Positions 1 to 11,754 of a DNA stretch of 64,000 bases are shown in pieces. The notes under the pieces were generated by a model. The model was not told where the DNA came from and did no database searches. It saw only the letters and a program-made list of their open reading frames with translations. Source of the stretch: Marsupella aquatica (Eukaryota > Plantae > Marchantiophyta); assembly GCA_973895155.1 (NCBI GenBank), contig OZ316894.1:26087240-26151239 (forward strand), given 5' to 3'. A program made the position numbers and the translations under genes. Each line of letters begins with the position of its first letter. Within the stretch, counting starts at the first letter, position 1.

Positions 1-190
1 CTACAAAAGTACCTGTCTTTCTGCCTCTTTTGTCACTGGGAGTGTGGATCTCTGGGCGACTTCAATTGATTCAGTTATAGATAACTGCGGTTCCTTCGTA
101 GGGGCTTTGATGGAAAGGGCCTCTGCCGGAAGCCAGAGACAATATTTTGGATTTTGACAACAGTTCCACAGGTCGGCGGTGGAGGCAAGC

Positions 191-2009
191 ATGGTTTGGG
201 ATCTTGTAGTCTGGCTTTCGTCCTTCCTGGTGGTGGGGGGCCTTCTAGGTATAGTTGTTTATCAGGTGAGAACCTTGACATATCGCATAGATTATTGAGT
301 CAATTACCTGCAACTCTGAATACTTTTTCTTATTGTTGAGGACCACGCTGAGTCATCTTTTGTTTGTTTTACGTTTGTACATCTCTTTGGAATGGTTTGC
401 TCATCCACAGTGTGGGGAACTCTGTTGTGCTCAGCTGATGTGCCTATCCGACTTGGAGTTTGACTACGTTAATCCTTTTGAAGCTGCATCTCGGATCAAT
501 ATGTTGGTCATCCCAGAGTTTGGGCTCCAAGGATGTCTCAGTGTATTTCTCCTCCTAACTGGACACTGGGTTATGTTTTTGATCAACACTCCTATTATCT
601 ACTACCATAGCAACTTGTAAGTGTTCCACCAAATTTACTATTTCAACAGAATCAGTATACTAAGCTCAGCAGCTGGGGCTGATCTTTGAGATCAAACGCC
701 TTTGATGCAGTGCCTTGTTTTCGTTGAACTGCAGGTCAGCTTGTATTTGGATATCATTATTTCTGATAATGTACCACCCCTGTTGTCGAACTGGAGAGTT
801 CCTGCTTTTGTGTGAAGAAATACTCTTGCTGGCGCCCGTTTTGTTGTTCTGATTCGTTGATGGGGCTGTGCACAGGTATCTCAATAAATCATACCAAGTG
901 GATGTCACTGAAATTTTCCGCGATCTCGGCAGCGAGCGGAAGTTGCGGTTAATAAAGTTGGCATTTTATCTGATACTCTTCTTCCTAATTATCTACAAGT
1001 ATGTTTTTCTGTTTCCTATATGGTTCTCTCTCATAGTGTATAGGTACTATGAATCTACCAGCTAGTCGTGGGTGATGACAGAAGCCTCTGGAGGCTAACA
1101 GTAGCAATCACACTTGCAAGCTGTCGAAGGGAATTGAAAACCTATCAGAAGATCTGGTTTATTTGGAAGATAGATATGTTCTTGCCTTTGGGAACTTCTT
1201 CATCTCCACGGGCACCGTCTCTGTATTAGGTTCACATACGTGCAGGACCTCTGTGTCAGTATTCTTTTATTTATTCTCTCCCCAATCTCCATGGTTAGTA
1301 GTCGAGGACAGGAATCAATTGCACTCATTCTCTTCATTTTGTGAGGTTAGAAACGTGGAACAGATATTGGTGAGTCCATGGGAAGGGGCTGCGAGGTCTC
1401 TCATTTGTATGGGACAATGAAAACGCTGCGCTTTGCAGCCCTTTCATGTCGAAACGGATTGCGGTAGCCGGATCCTTTGAAGGACACTATAGCGCTACTA
1501 GGCTATCCCATACCCAAGTCTTTATTCTTTCCGTGATGCCTTTAGCAAAGCTACTTTCGTGTTCCTTATAGTTCAGGTATGCCGGTCAGTTTTGTACATG
1601 TTTTTTTAATAGAGCATGTAAACATCTTGGGTGCATACGGTCTGTTCCGAGCCCTCTGTCTGGTACATGTGAAAGTAGATTTGGCAATGACGGAAAAGCC
1701 CCCCAGTGCAATGGATCATATGATCTCAATTACCTGAAATGTGGGCCACCTTGATTCACAGGATGGTGCTGTCTGTGATTATTTGACATTCTGCTATATT
1801 GCTGCCTATCCGCGGGTGAGCTTTCTATGTTGGACTTTCTGTGGATAGGAGAGGAACACCTGAAATGATAGAAAGCTCGCTGCCAGCCTCTTTTGGAAAG
1901 CATTGCTGATGTTGTGTTGTGTCTTTGCAGGCTTGTAGTTACAGCGGTACTCCTAATTCTGGAGCATGATTCAGTGTCTGATCCTGGGATTATCAGCATG
2001 GAGATGTAA
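191..2009 (+). CDS. CNIH: Cornichon family ER cargo receptor (4 exons: 191-265, 435-616, 876-998, 1931-2009)
   Basis: Spliced translation MVWDLVVWLSSFLVVGGLLGIVVYQ|LMCLSDLEFDYVNPFEAASRIN...LLTGHW...|YLNKSYQVDVTEIFRDL...KLAFYLILFFLIIY|KLVVTAVLLILEHDSVSDPGIISMEM*. It carries the cornichon motifs DLEFDYxNP and DVTEIF. All introns are GT-AG and phases are consistent. Confidence 0.93.
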
Positions 2010-5000
2010 ACTTTAGGCTTTTCTACTTCGTTTACGTTCGATGTCATGGAGTAAATGCACGGCGCCAGCCGTGCTATATTAATTGTAAGAGTATGAATCC
2101 GTTGGAGTGAGACTTCACCGTGAATTTCTAATCATCGCAAAGTGTTTTTTCAAAGATACCTTGATGTGTCCTCTATTTCTCCCGGGTGAGTTTCCTGAGG
2201 GATTGAAAGTGCCCCAAAAATGAGTAAATTGGGTTCTCTTATAACACTTTTATCAGGTGCATCTGTTCACCAGTTCAAGTCAAAGTGTGGAACAGCTTCT
2301 CTTTTGCTGTGTATGTGTATACATCATTGCCTCTTCCATGGTTTCCTCTTTACCATAATATCTTTTGGAGGATCCATGGACAGGGAGGGACTATAAAATA
2401 TTGAAGGTTAGATTGTCTAGCAGATGTCAAGTGGATTTCTTGATGGTGCCTGAAGAAATGGTGCGGCATCCTTGTGCACTACATTATTCAGTAGTACATG
2501 AACTTGCGCAAATTTACTTCTTAGATTGCAGCCAGTAGTAAGAGCTAAAGCATTGTTTGAGCAAACTTCGCTGCCTTTGTTCTCCCCCCTAGACTGGCGG
2601 CTTTTTCTATCAATTTCTAAGTAGGTTTGGCCTGAAGGTTGCCATAAATATTGATATCCCGAGTAATTCTACTTTTTTATCACCCTCTGTGTACGTACAA
2701 GAGTTCAATGCCAAAAACACTTTGAATAGGGGCATCCTTCCAAACATTGTCGAGGGGGGATAAACCTCTTCCTACTCTTCGGCAAAATTAAGAAGATGAT
2801 AAAGGCCCCCTTTGCCCCTATCAGTGACGAAGCCACCCTACTAGCCATTTTAATTCTGGCGAATGACAGACAAAATCTTACCTCAAATGAGAGCTGGTTA
2901 CAAGCAACAAGAAAATAATGGGTGATTTTCTTGTTCAGTTTGCCAATTTTCTTATCTGGCTGACAGGGCTACTTGCCAGATCTAATGGTTCTTCTTAAAT
3001 CTAGGGAGATCTAGCAGTGAAATTATGGAGTTGTACCTTGGTTTGCAATCTTAGTGAAAAGTTGTTTTAACTCTCTTCCAAATTTTTCCAGGTGGCCATT
3101 TCACTTTTTGTTTGCCAAAAAGTTTTCTTAGTCTATTCTTTGGGATGTTTTACTAACACCTAGCCAAAACATGTGCTTGCAGTGTATTTCACCAGAAAAG
3201 TCTATTTTGGGGGGGCACTTTGCCTCATACAAAGTTTTTCAGGCTATGGTGTCTAGTATTTAATTTACTCTTCATTTCTATAGCTTGTGTATTTTGGGGG
3301 TATTTTGCGTTAAATTGTGTCTAGAATTTAATTTCCTACCCATGTCCCCAACCTGCCTGCCTACTTTTCGTGTCTCTAATCTAATTTCCTCCCCAAACAG
3401 CCCAAATCACATTTTTGCACTGGACGCAGAATTTTTGTATTTAACTATTTTTTAATGCTATTTTTTAAGCAAATAACTACTACTATGGTACATGTGTCCA
3501 AAATTTCATGGCAGAAATTACCTGCCACGACAGGAGAGGGGAATCACCATTAAACCTGGATTATTGAAGGAAGAAATACTTCCTCAGTGGAAAAAAGATT
3601 TCCTCATTGGACAGAATCGGGATTGAAGCTCAAACTGTCAAGAACCTTTTTTTTTAAAGGAATTCAAAGTCAAAATGATGCGATCAGGGAGCTATGAAAG
3701 CTAATCACTCAGAGCATTCTCGGCCTGCGAAGAAACAATTCACGGCAGCAGGATTCTTCTGAAGTATATCCCCCAAGCAACACGATATCTTACCGAAGTC
3801 TTGCTCTCAGCTTGGGAGCAATCCAAGGCGAAACCTTCAACTCGTGTCTCCAAATCAAACAATAAAACTTTCATCGTCCAGTCCAAAGAGAAGGGCCGTG
3901 AGCTTGGTCCAGCTCACGGTCTTGAGGTACTTCCCCGGCCTTGCTGGAAAGACGAAATTGAGGTCTGCCTACAAGAAAGCAGCAAACAATCTGCAGGACA
4001 ACGATCTCCAGTTCGTAGCTAAGCTGGTGAGTTCTCTTCTACTGGATTTGGTTGTGTGCGTTCAAGTCGCTATGATGATGTTGTTCTCTTCCGGTGCGTT
4101 ACAATGTTGTTCTCGATGGTTATTCTTGTTGCTTCCTCATCCTGAGGTTGTCTCCTACACTCTCCAGCGTCTAATTGGCTTTAACTATTTTTAGGGAGTC
4201 CGCACATTCTTTGAAATGATGTAGTGAAATATCACTCTTCTTACATAGTAAGGCAGTAACGATGGATGATTCACAGACTTCAACAATATTAGTCGAGAGA
4301 TTTGCCGAGGTTTCCCTGGATTGATGACTTCGTCGTGGGAACTGATCGGTGGTGGCCAGATGCAGCTGACAGTTATGATGGTTGGTTTTTAGGAGTTCAC
4401 TAATGTAACGTAGTATTATAGCGCTTTGTACGCTTTCCTGAGCCCTTTCTTTACTGCGCGGATGAAGAGGTTCTCCCATTGCACCCCGAGAAGAACTTTG
4501 GAAGAACTATTAAAGTAAGGGACAACATGTTTTGGATCACCAAGGGGAGCCACGTTGCTAGGTATTTTATGTTTCAAAGATTATTTGAATTTCTACTCAA
4601 TGGGGAACACTGCTGAGGCTGATATTTGGCTTCCTTGATTGCAGATTGATTAGTGCAGAGAACATCCCTTTTGCGTACAGTGGACTGAGCAGACATAGCG
4701 ATCCAGTGGAGTTGAAGTGCCTTCCATTGAACTTTCTGTCAAGGCTGAAGAGAAGGCAGCTATTGAGATACCAGTCACCGAGGTACAGTACTTGCTTACT
4801 CCGGAACAACATCGTATAATTGTGTGATAGCATACTAGCCCAAATGGGTTTTACATTGTTCAAAATTTGTGGGTTTTTATGGACGGCATGCACGGTTTGC
4901 AAAGTTGACTTGCTGAAAGAGATGCGTAGCAATACAGCCCCGAATACAGCAAGGAATTGACGAGTTTCAGTTTGGATGCCAGGCTGCAAGAACTGTTGTG

Positions 5001-5439
5001 TGGGATCTTGCTATGATGGGATATGATGTGCTTTACGGTGCTGAGTATGTCCCAAGTACTGAAGGAAGCTATTCTTCGAAAGCGTCAGTGTTGTTAATTT
5101 TTGCAGTTGTGGATTTCTTCACAGATCGGCTCTGGTGGCAGTAACGGCTTCACAAATTGTGAGAGGACTTCAAAATCTGGGAGTTCAGGGAGGGGTGCAT
5201 CAGGTTGAACTCAGGGAGGAGCGTTTCACTCTGTGCTAGACAAAGTCAGGTTTTTGTGATATTTTCAGAAGGGAAGGGCAAGAAGCTTGATCACCAGTCT
5301 TCTGCTCTGCCTCCACTTCTTGATGTTTCTCCCCAGGTCGAGTCAACTCCCAAGTCTTCTCTTATTTCTATTGTGTCTCCTTATCAATATGAGCTGTTTT
5401 AGTAAGTGAAATCAATTTGTCTGATTTTGCAGTGTTGAG

Positions 5440-6326
5440 ATGGCAACAACACGGGGAGGTTTGGGCACTGCCAACGACAACTTCCACAGTTCTGCGGCCA
5501 AACCTTCCTCTTTGTCTTGGACACCCACATGTCCCATACACAAAGAGCCCCACACATTTGAGGGTCCGGAGTGGAGGCTATGTCCAAGATTATTAAAGCA
5601 CAGTGCATCTCGTTGCAAAGAGGTACTACAAGAGAGCAATACCTTTCTTTCCAGCCAGTCCCTCTATCAGAGCTTGCTAAGATAGATTCGGAACGAAAAT
5701 AGATAGGTAAGAGTGTCAGGATTAGGTATTACGCAGATCAAAATCAACTAATCGTTAAACTGATGCCTCTTGTATTTCACGAAGCATCGCACTCAGATTT
5801 CTCCTGCATCTTGCGTGACAAGTGTAGAGCAATGGGATTAGCAGGGGAACTTTGTTCTGTTGGGGCCACAAAGTTTATTGGAGCTGATGGCTCCTCTGAG
5901 GAAGGGGACTCTTCATTCAAACCTCTATCTGTTCGAAAAGGTGGGGAATCTTGGCCTACTATTATGATTGAAGCAGGGTGGTCTGAATCCTTTGATCACT
6001 TGAGAAGAGATGCAAAGTGGTGGCTTGAGCAGTCTAGGGGTGAGATTAAGATTGTAATCATTATCTCAATACTTTCTGGTGGAAAGATGTATCAAATTGA
6101 AGAATGGAAATTGAACAGACAAATGATTGCAAGGAGTTTCCAAGAGATAAACATAGACCTAGATTTGAGACAAGTCAATGGCAGCCCTTTAGTCCTGGAG
6201 TTTGAAAAGGTTTTTTTGCGACCATGTGAGAGAAATGAGAGTGACATTATCTTCAATGAGCAAGATCTTTTAGATTGGACAGAGGACGTGTGGCAGACCT
6301 GTGGAAGTCTGGAAAACAGTAATTAG
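5440..6326 (+). pseudogene. Disrupted PD-(D/E)XK restriction-endonuclease-fold gene (Uma2/Crinkler-REase-like, fungal type)
   Basis: ORF 5763-6326 reads GATKF..SSEEGDSSFKP...WPTIMIEAGWSES...LRRDAKWWL...IKIVIIISI, with a D...ExG-SES core. The same frame continues upstream (EAMSKIIKAQ...EQYLSFQPVPLSELAKIDSERK*IGKSVRIRYYADQNQLIVKLMP) through an in-frame TAG at 5700-5702. There is an apparent frameshift near 5563-5570 from ORF 5440 (..HTFEG). Confidence 0.7.
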
Positions 6327-9300
6327 AAACTACATTAGACCATGTTAATTGATAGTTTGTTCTCCTTTATACTCTTTGTAATTTCTCTTTTTATGGAAAT
6401 TTTGTACTTTGTAATTGTTCTTTCAATTTGTGATCAGGGCTCTGTTTTTTAGTAGAGGATTGTAGTGTATGTTGTTTCGACCCTCCAAGTATAAAAGTTA
6501 ATGGAGATTCTGATGGTCATTCTTTTGCCCAAGTAAAATACAATAAAATACCAACAAAAAGAACAGTCTCCCCATGACAATTATTAGACCAGCGAGCCTG
6601 CTTTTGTAAGAACAATCTTGCTGCAATGTTGAAGGAGCCAGAGTAAGCAAGCTGGCAAGATCTGGTACTTTGCAAGCCTCTTCTTCCCCTACACAGAACT
6701 GGAAGGGCAACGACTTTCTATAGAACCAAGGGACTGTATGATTGTAAGATATTTTCTATAGGAACTGCCAAGATTGTATGATATAACAAGGTCAACAGCG
6801 TGATTAGTTACATCAGCGGAGGCCTCGCAATCAAAACCTAGGTCTGCAAATTTTGAAAAGCATGCAGAGGCAAATAGAGCAGGAGTTGAAATTTGTGATT
6901 TTGAATTCATTTTTGTAGCGACAATCATACATAATGATACACTTATACCATTCTCACCGAGATTGGTGGCCAATTGAAATGAGCAGGCACAATGTATGCG
7001 CAAGAGCATATGAAAACTTAGAAATAATTTATTGGAGTGGTCGGTAGTAATTTGCACACAGGCGGAACGACGGGCAAGCTGGCACGTACATAACATTATT
7101 ATCAAACCATGAGGGATTTTCACGCATTATGTCCAAAAGGTCAACGCCCTGGTCAACATCGTGAAGCACTGGAATGTCTTGATATGTAGTTGTTAACCCT
7201 TGGAAGTCACATTAGGCCATGTGACCAGCAATTTTTGCTTACAATCCTAGACTAAGGTGAGCGTTAGACCGTGAGAAACAATTGGTCATACACACAAGGC
7301 TCAGAAAGAGCTCGAGTATGGCTTGCAGACGGCCACTATTCCGTGCTATAGTAAGAAGATAACTTGCACATACCATTTCCAACGAAAGGCGAGCAACATG
7401 CCGCAAGAAGATATCTTGCACATCCATCTCATGAGTGCTGCATGTGTCTAAACAAACCATGCTCAAAAGAGTGAAACTAATCAGGCCTCCTGCCTCCACG
7501 AGACTTCGATTCCATGTCTCATTCGTGAAGCAAGAGGGAGACCTCCTGAGACCAACTTGAATGCAGTAGACAGACCTAATGCCTATCAATTTGGGGCCTT
7601 GACCCTCACCTTGACTGTCATACATTAGAGAATAAAACAGAAATCCAGTGGTAACCGCTGCAGAAACAAAATCCAAAGGGGACCTACAAGAAGTGTTCCC
7701 AAGATGAACTTGAATTCTCTAGCTAAGTTATCAGAAAGAGAAACAACTCTTGGAAGACGGAAGGAGCATAGTTGAAATTCCCTGGGGTGGACAGGCTTCC
7801 ACCGTGAAGCAAAGAAAGAAGAAGTATCCTCGCAAGACGATAGTGACTCCCTTCCTCTCTGTTGAAGATAAAAGGCGAACCCATTTTAATTTACATCCTA
7901 ATTTGAGGTGAGTAGATTTGGCGGGGAATTCAAAAATTAATTTGAGGGGAGCGAAATTGATAAATTCAATTTTCAATCTTGCATGAAGTGGAAACAAATG
8001 AACTGGATTCAAGTCCTCTCTCTCTCACTCGTTCCGCATCCAGAGCTTGCCCAACAGATCGCATCTGCATGCACAGGACTAGATTGCATGGCGTTGCATT
8101 TTGCGGATTTTGGCTGACATTGCAGTTACAAATTCATTTGACGTAGTGAGAAAGATAAAAAAGATTAAGATAAATGTTCATTGTACATCTTTCAACTGAA
8201 TGCGGTGGTGTAGAATGACAGAACTCTGCATTGGTCTCTGACGCTCTTTGAGGCCCATATAATTGTAAGCATGATGAGGGTGGTCTGGTTAACCGCCCAC
8301 TTTGCATGACATTGATGGTTTCAGGTTCAGTTGTAGTGCTATTCTCTCTACTCAAACATCACAACATCATCTCCTCACTCCACAAGACTCGTTCAAAAAA
8401 TTCCCTTCTTCAAGAAACCCCCAATGCTGCAACCAGGATGAGGATATGAATTTCCATTCCAATTGAACTGAGTTTCATCAAGCAATATGAACTGAAATTC
8501 CCAGCTTCTCGGATATCCATGTGAAGTCCTCACTATTGATGCATTTTTGTTGGCTGGATTGAGTGAGGCTGAGTATATATGCTCCAATAGCTGCTTAGTT
8601 TTTAGTATATTTCGAATGTTTCCAACGTTTCAAAGTTGTGTGTGACGAGGAAGCCAAGAGCAATGAAGTAGTTTTGGCGAGAGTTTTGGTGTAAGACTTG
8701 AGTCAAAGTAGCGTGTACTTGGTTTGGCTATGCTCAATTTGTGACGTTGTGCCCACGCTTGCATGGTGCAATACCTGCACTGAAAATTTTCCCCAACAAG
8801 TGCTGGCTAACAACGCTGTACAAAACCAGTTCCAAAATGCCATGGAGAAAAAGCGCCCAGGAAGCTTCAGGTCAACAAATCGTTCCCTTAAACTGGCTAG
8901 GGTGACCTTCAGGGTATGCAAAATAGTGAATTTAAGTGTTTCCCTTGCTAGATTTCTCACTTTGGGTCTTCCTAATGCCCCACTGAAAGCCTATCCAAAC
9001 TGAGAATTTCCCAGCTCTAAGTTCAGGAAATGGTTGAATCAGTTTTTCCTGTTTTAATTTTTCACCTTTTCAGGAAATTAAAATTATTCACACTAGCCAT
9101 TCGAACGGAACGGCATGACCGTGAACAAGTCAATAGGACCCAATGCAGGTTTGGAAACGGAGTTCACAATTCAATGTTGCACTTTTCTTGGCACAAGAAA
9201 GAAGATGCAATAGTGAAAGAAGAAGCAATGTCTGTTTTCTGCATGTCATGATGAAAACAAAATGAACCGTGGTAGACTTTGACGAACTTGCACCTCTACA

Positions 9301-10266
9301 ATACACATACCTCCAATGTTGTGCCCTCTTCTTTGCTAAAAGCATCTCACTTAGCGAGTCACTGTCTCTTGCTGCCAAGACACAGGAATCTCCACGGTGA
9401 ATGGTTGCATTAATCATTTTATTTTATTGTGACATGTTGCTCACCTTCGTTGGAAATGGTATTCCTTTCTCAGAGATAGACTTTAGATGATAGTTTAATT
9501 AATGCTACCACATCCAGACACCCCAATTATTGATTTTTTTCCTCTACTTTGATGGTTGTTGCTGGATTCCAAGGAGGAAGTGGGTCTGAAGCTCTAGAAG
9601 GCAATTTTTCAAGTACTTGTCAAGATTACGTGGAGCTTACTACCAAGCTTATCGTGCGGGGGAGCTTAATAGGTAGGGAATTAGGAGTGGGGCCGCAGAA
9701 TTAATAAGACCAATCCTTGCCACTACGTAGTTTGGTATACCCTGTGTCGTGTTGCACTGCCAGCAAATACAAAGGAATGGAGATTCTGGTTTTCTCGACC
9801 AGGTTCTCACTATAGATAATATTAGTTTATGAACACATAAACCTGCATAGGACAAAAGATGGTTTGACATCTTACCCCTGGATAATATTTTTGTTAAAAA
9901 CTTTAAATTCCCTGACTATCAAGTGCCATCATAAACTTCAATAGCATTTCTCTTAAGACTCTTAGAACTCCTATAGTATCAAGGGTGACTCAACTTGTTC
10001 TTGTAATCATCATAAACTCCAACCAAAGACTTGATGGGGCCTCGAGCCCCTCTATTAAACAAACCCTTGACTAGGCTTGTTCTTTTGAAGGGACTTGTTG
10101 GGGCCTCGAGTCCCTCCAGCCCTTGCACATTATTTCCGTCCTACCCTAGCTCCTCCACGCTTGCAACCCTCCATAGCTTGGTACCCAACAACCCTTTTGT
10201 CTTCTACGTCACACCAGGTGATATTTTCCATTGCAAAAAGTGTTTTTTTTAAATAGGGCTGCAAGG

Positions 10267-10418
10267 TGTTGAGATAAGACTATATTCATATATGGCAAGC
10301 CTATAATCATCCAACAAACAAGTAGTCAACACACATAGATACATGATTCACCTTAGCTAGGTTAAGTCTACAAGAACACACAAGAGTTTTATTGCACTCT
10401 AGACCCGTCGGCCATATC
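10267..10418 (-). mobile_element. Degenerate 3' half of a Copia-like LTR (left arm of an inverted pair)
   Basis: Reverse complement aligns by eye with 10618-10771 and ends in ...TCAACA, a typical LTR terminus. Confidence 0.5.
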
Positions 10419-10617
10419 GAGTCTGTAATAAACAATTTTTTTCTAGAAGTATATGTGTGATAGGCCGTCTGGTGTAACTTTCTTACCTGATGGGCCCCTA
10501 TGAAACTTTTTTAACCTAATAGGTCCCCTGCTACACTTTTGCATTAGTTGTTCTTCGAGCAGTCGCTCTAACCTATTACGGAGGCAGTTGAGAGATAGGG
10601 AGATATTGTATTGTGGA

Positions 10618-10771
10618 GACATGGGCGACGGGCCAAGAGTGCAATAAAGCTCTCATGTTCCCGTGGACGTAGCCTTAGTTGAGGTGAACCATGTTGTATC
10701 CATCTGTGTCGACTACTTGTGCATTGGATGACTCATGGGCTTGCCGTTGTGAATGTCGTCTTTGTTCAACA
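10618..10771 (+). mobile_element. Degenerate 3' half of a Copia-like LTR (right arm of an inverted pair)
   Basis: Contains AATAAA, then CCCGTGGACGTAGCC...GGTGAACCA (resembles the U5 motif of plant Copia LTRs), and ends in TCAACA. Confidence 0.55.
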
Positions 10772-11229
10772 AAATCTTGTCCCATGGCAAGGGTCGGATC
10801 CAGCTCAATCCTGGCTCTCGTAAGCTTCCCTGTGTGTCCAACTCAACTTGGATCTTGATGGCATAATCAACATGGACCTCAACACCCAAACCTACTCTAC
10901 AATGCCTCCTGAGACTTTTGCCTGAAAGTGGATAGCCTTTGAGGTGGGCTAGTATGGAGGCCAACATCTCAAAACCCCGGCCAGTCTACCAAGGGGAATT
11001 ATTGCTCATAGCCATTCATAAAAATACAAAGATACCATGAAGGACATCAAGTATATAGTAAAGTCTAGTTTACAGCACATTGAGGGATATAATGTTTGTA
11101 AAGACCAGAGCTTTAGTTCAAGTTTTGGGGGGCAATTGTTGCCCATAATCCTTTGGTAAGAGGACTGACTACAATCACAGGGCTAAGAGATTTTATATGT
11201 TTACTAATTTTAGTAAAATTGGTGCAAGA

Positions 11230-11470
11230 TTTTCATATGAAATTGACTCAAATGAAATTGATCCTACTTGTTAGTGTGCATTCTTCTCCAATAGTGTCCT
11301 GAAAATTAAGCAATTCATCTCCAATAATAATCACAAGAGAAAAATCATAGGTTTTCATATGAAACTGATCCAAATGAATTGATCCAACTTTTTGATGTGC
11401 ATTCTTCTCCAATAGTGTCCTAAAAATTAAGCATTCTTCTCGAATAATAATCATAAGAGAAAAATCATGG
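11230..11470. repeat. Tandem duplication, ~121-bp unit x2
   Basis: TTTTCATATGAAA..TGTGCATTCTTCTCCAATAGTGTCCT..AAAATTAAGCA..AATAATAATCA.AAGAGAAAAATCAT occurs at ~11230 and ~11352. Confidence 0.9.
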
Positions 11471-11754
11471 TGGTGAAGGCACGGGCGGATGGGCCACCGT
11501 TCCCAAAATCATTTCGACTCGTGACAGGCAACGGCCAAAATCCGGAAACCTGATTGGCAGCAGGAAACGGCCCCCGTCATTTGCCCTGCCAGTGCCCATA
11601 CCCAGGCTGTCACGGGAGTACCCGAACCTAATAAGGCCTGGGCATTGGTTTGAGACCCGGGATACGTCAAAAAAATACCACGGGTACGTGTGAAGCCCCC
11701 GTAAGTACTTCCTGACCATACCCGTCTAAATTTGGCTCCATTTACAGCTCGAAC

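Noticed and set aside
8894-9098. 11-bp imperfect inverted repeat GGCTAGGGTGA / TCACACTAGCC
   Set aside because: Too short and lacking a TSD, so it cannot be distinguished from chance.
6498-9870. Minus-strand ORFs of 64-145 aa in the intergenic region
   Set aside because: No recognisable domain or consistent splice structure. Probably degenerate repeat or non-coding DNA.
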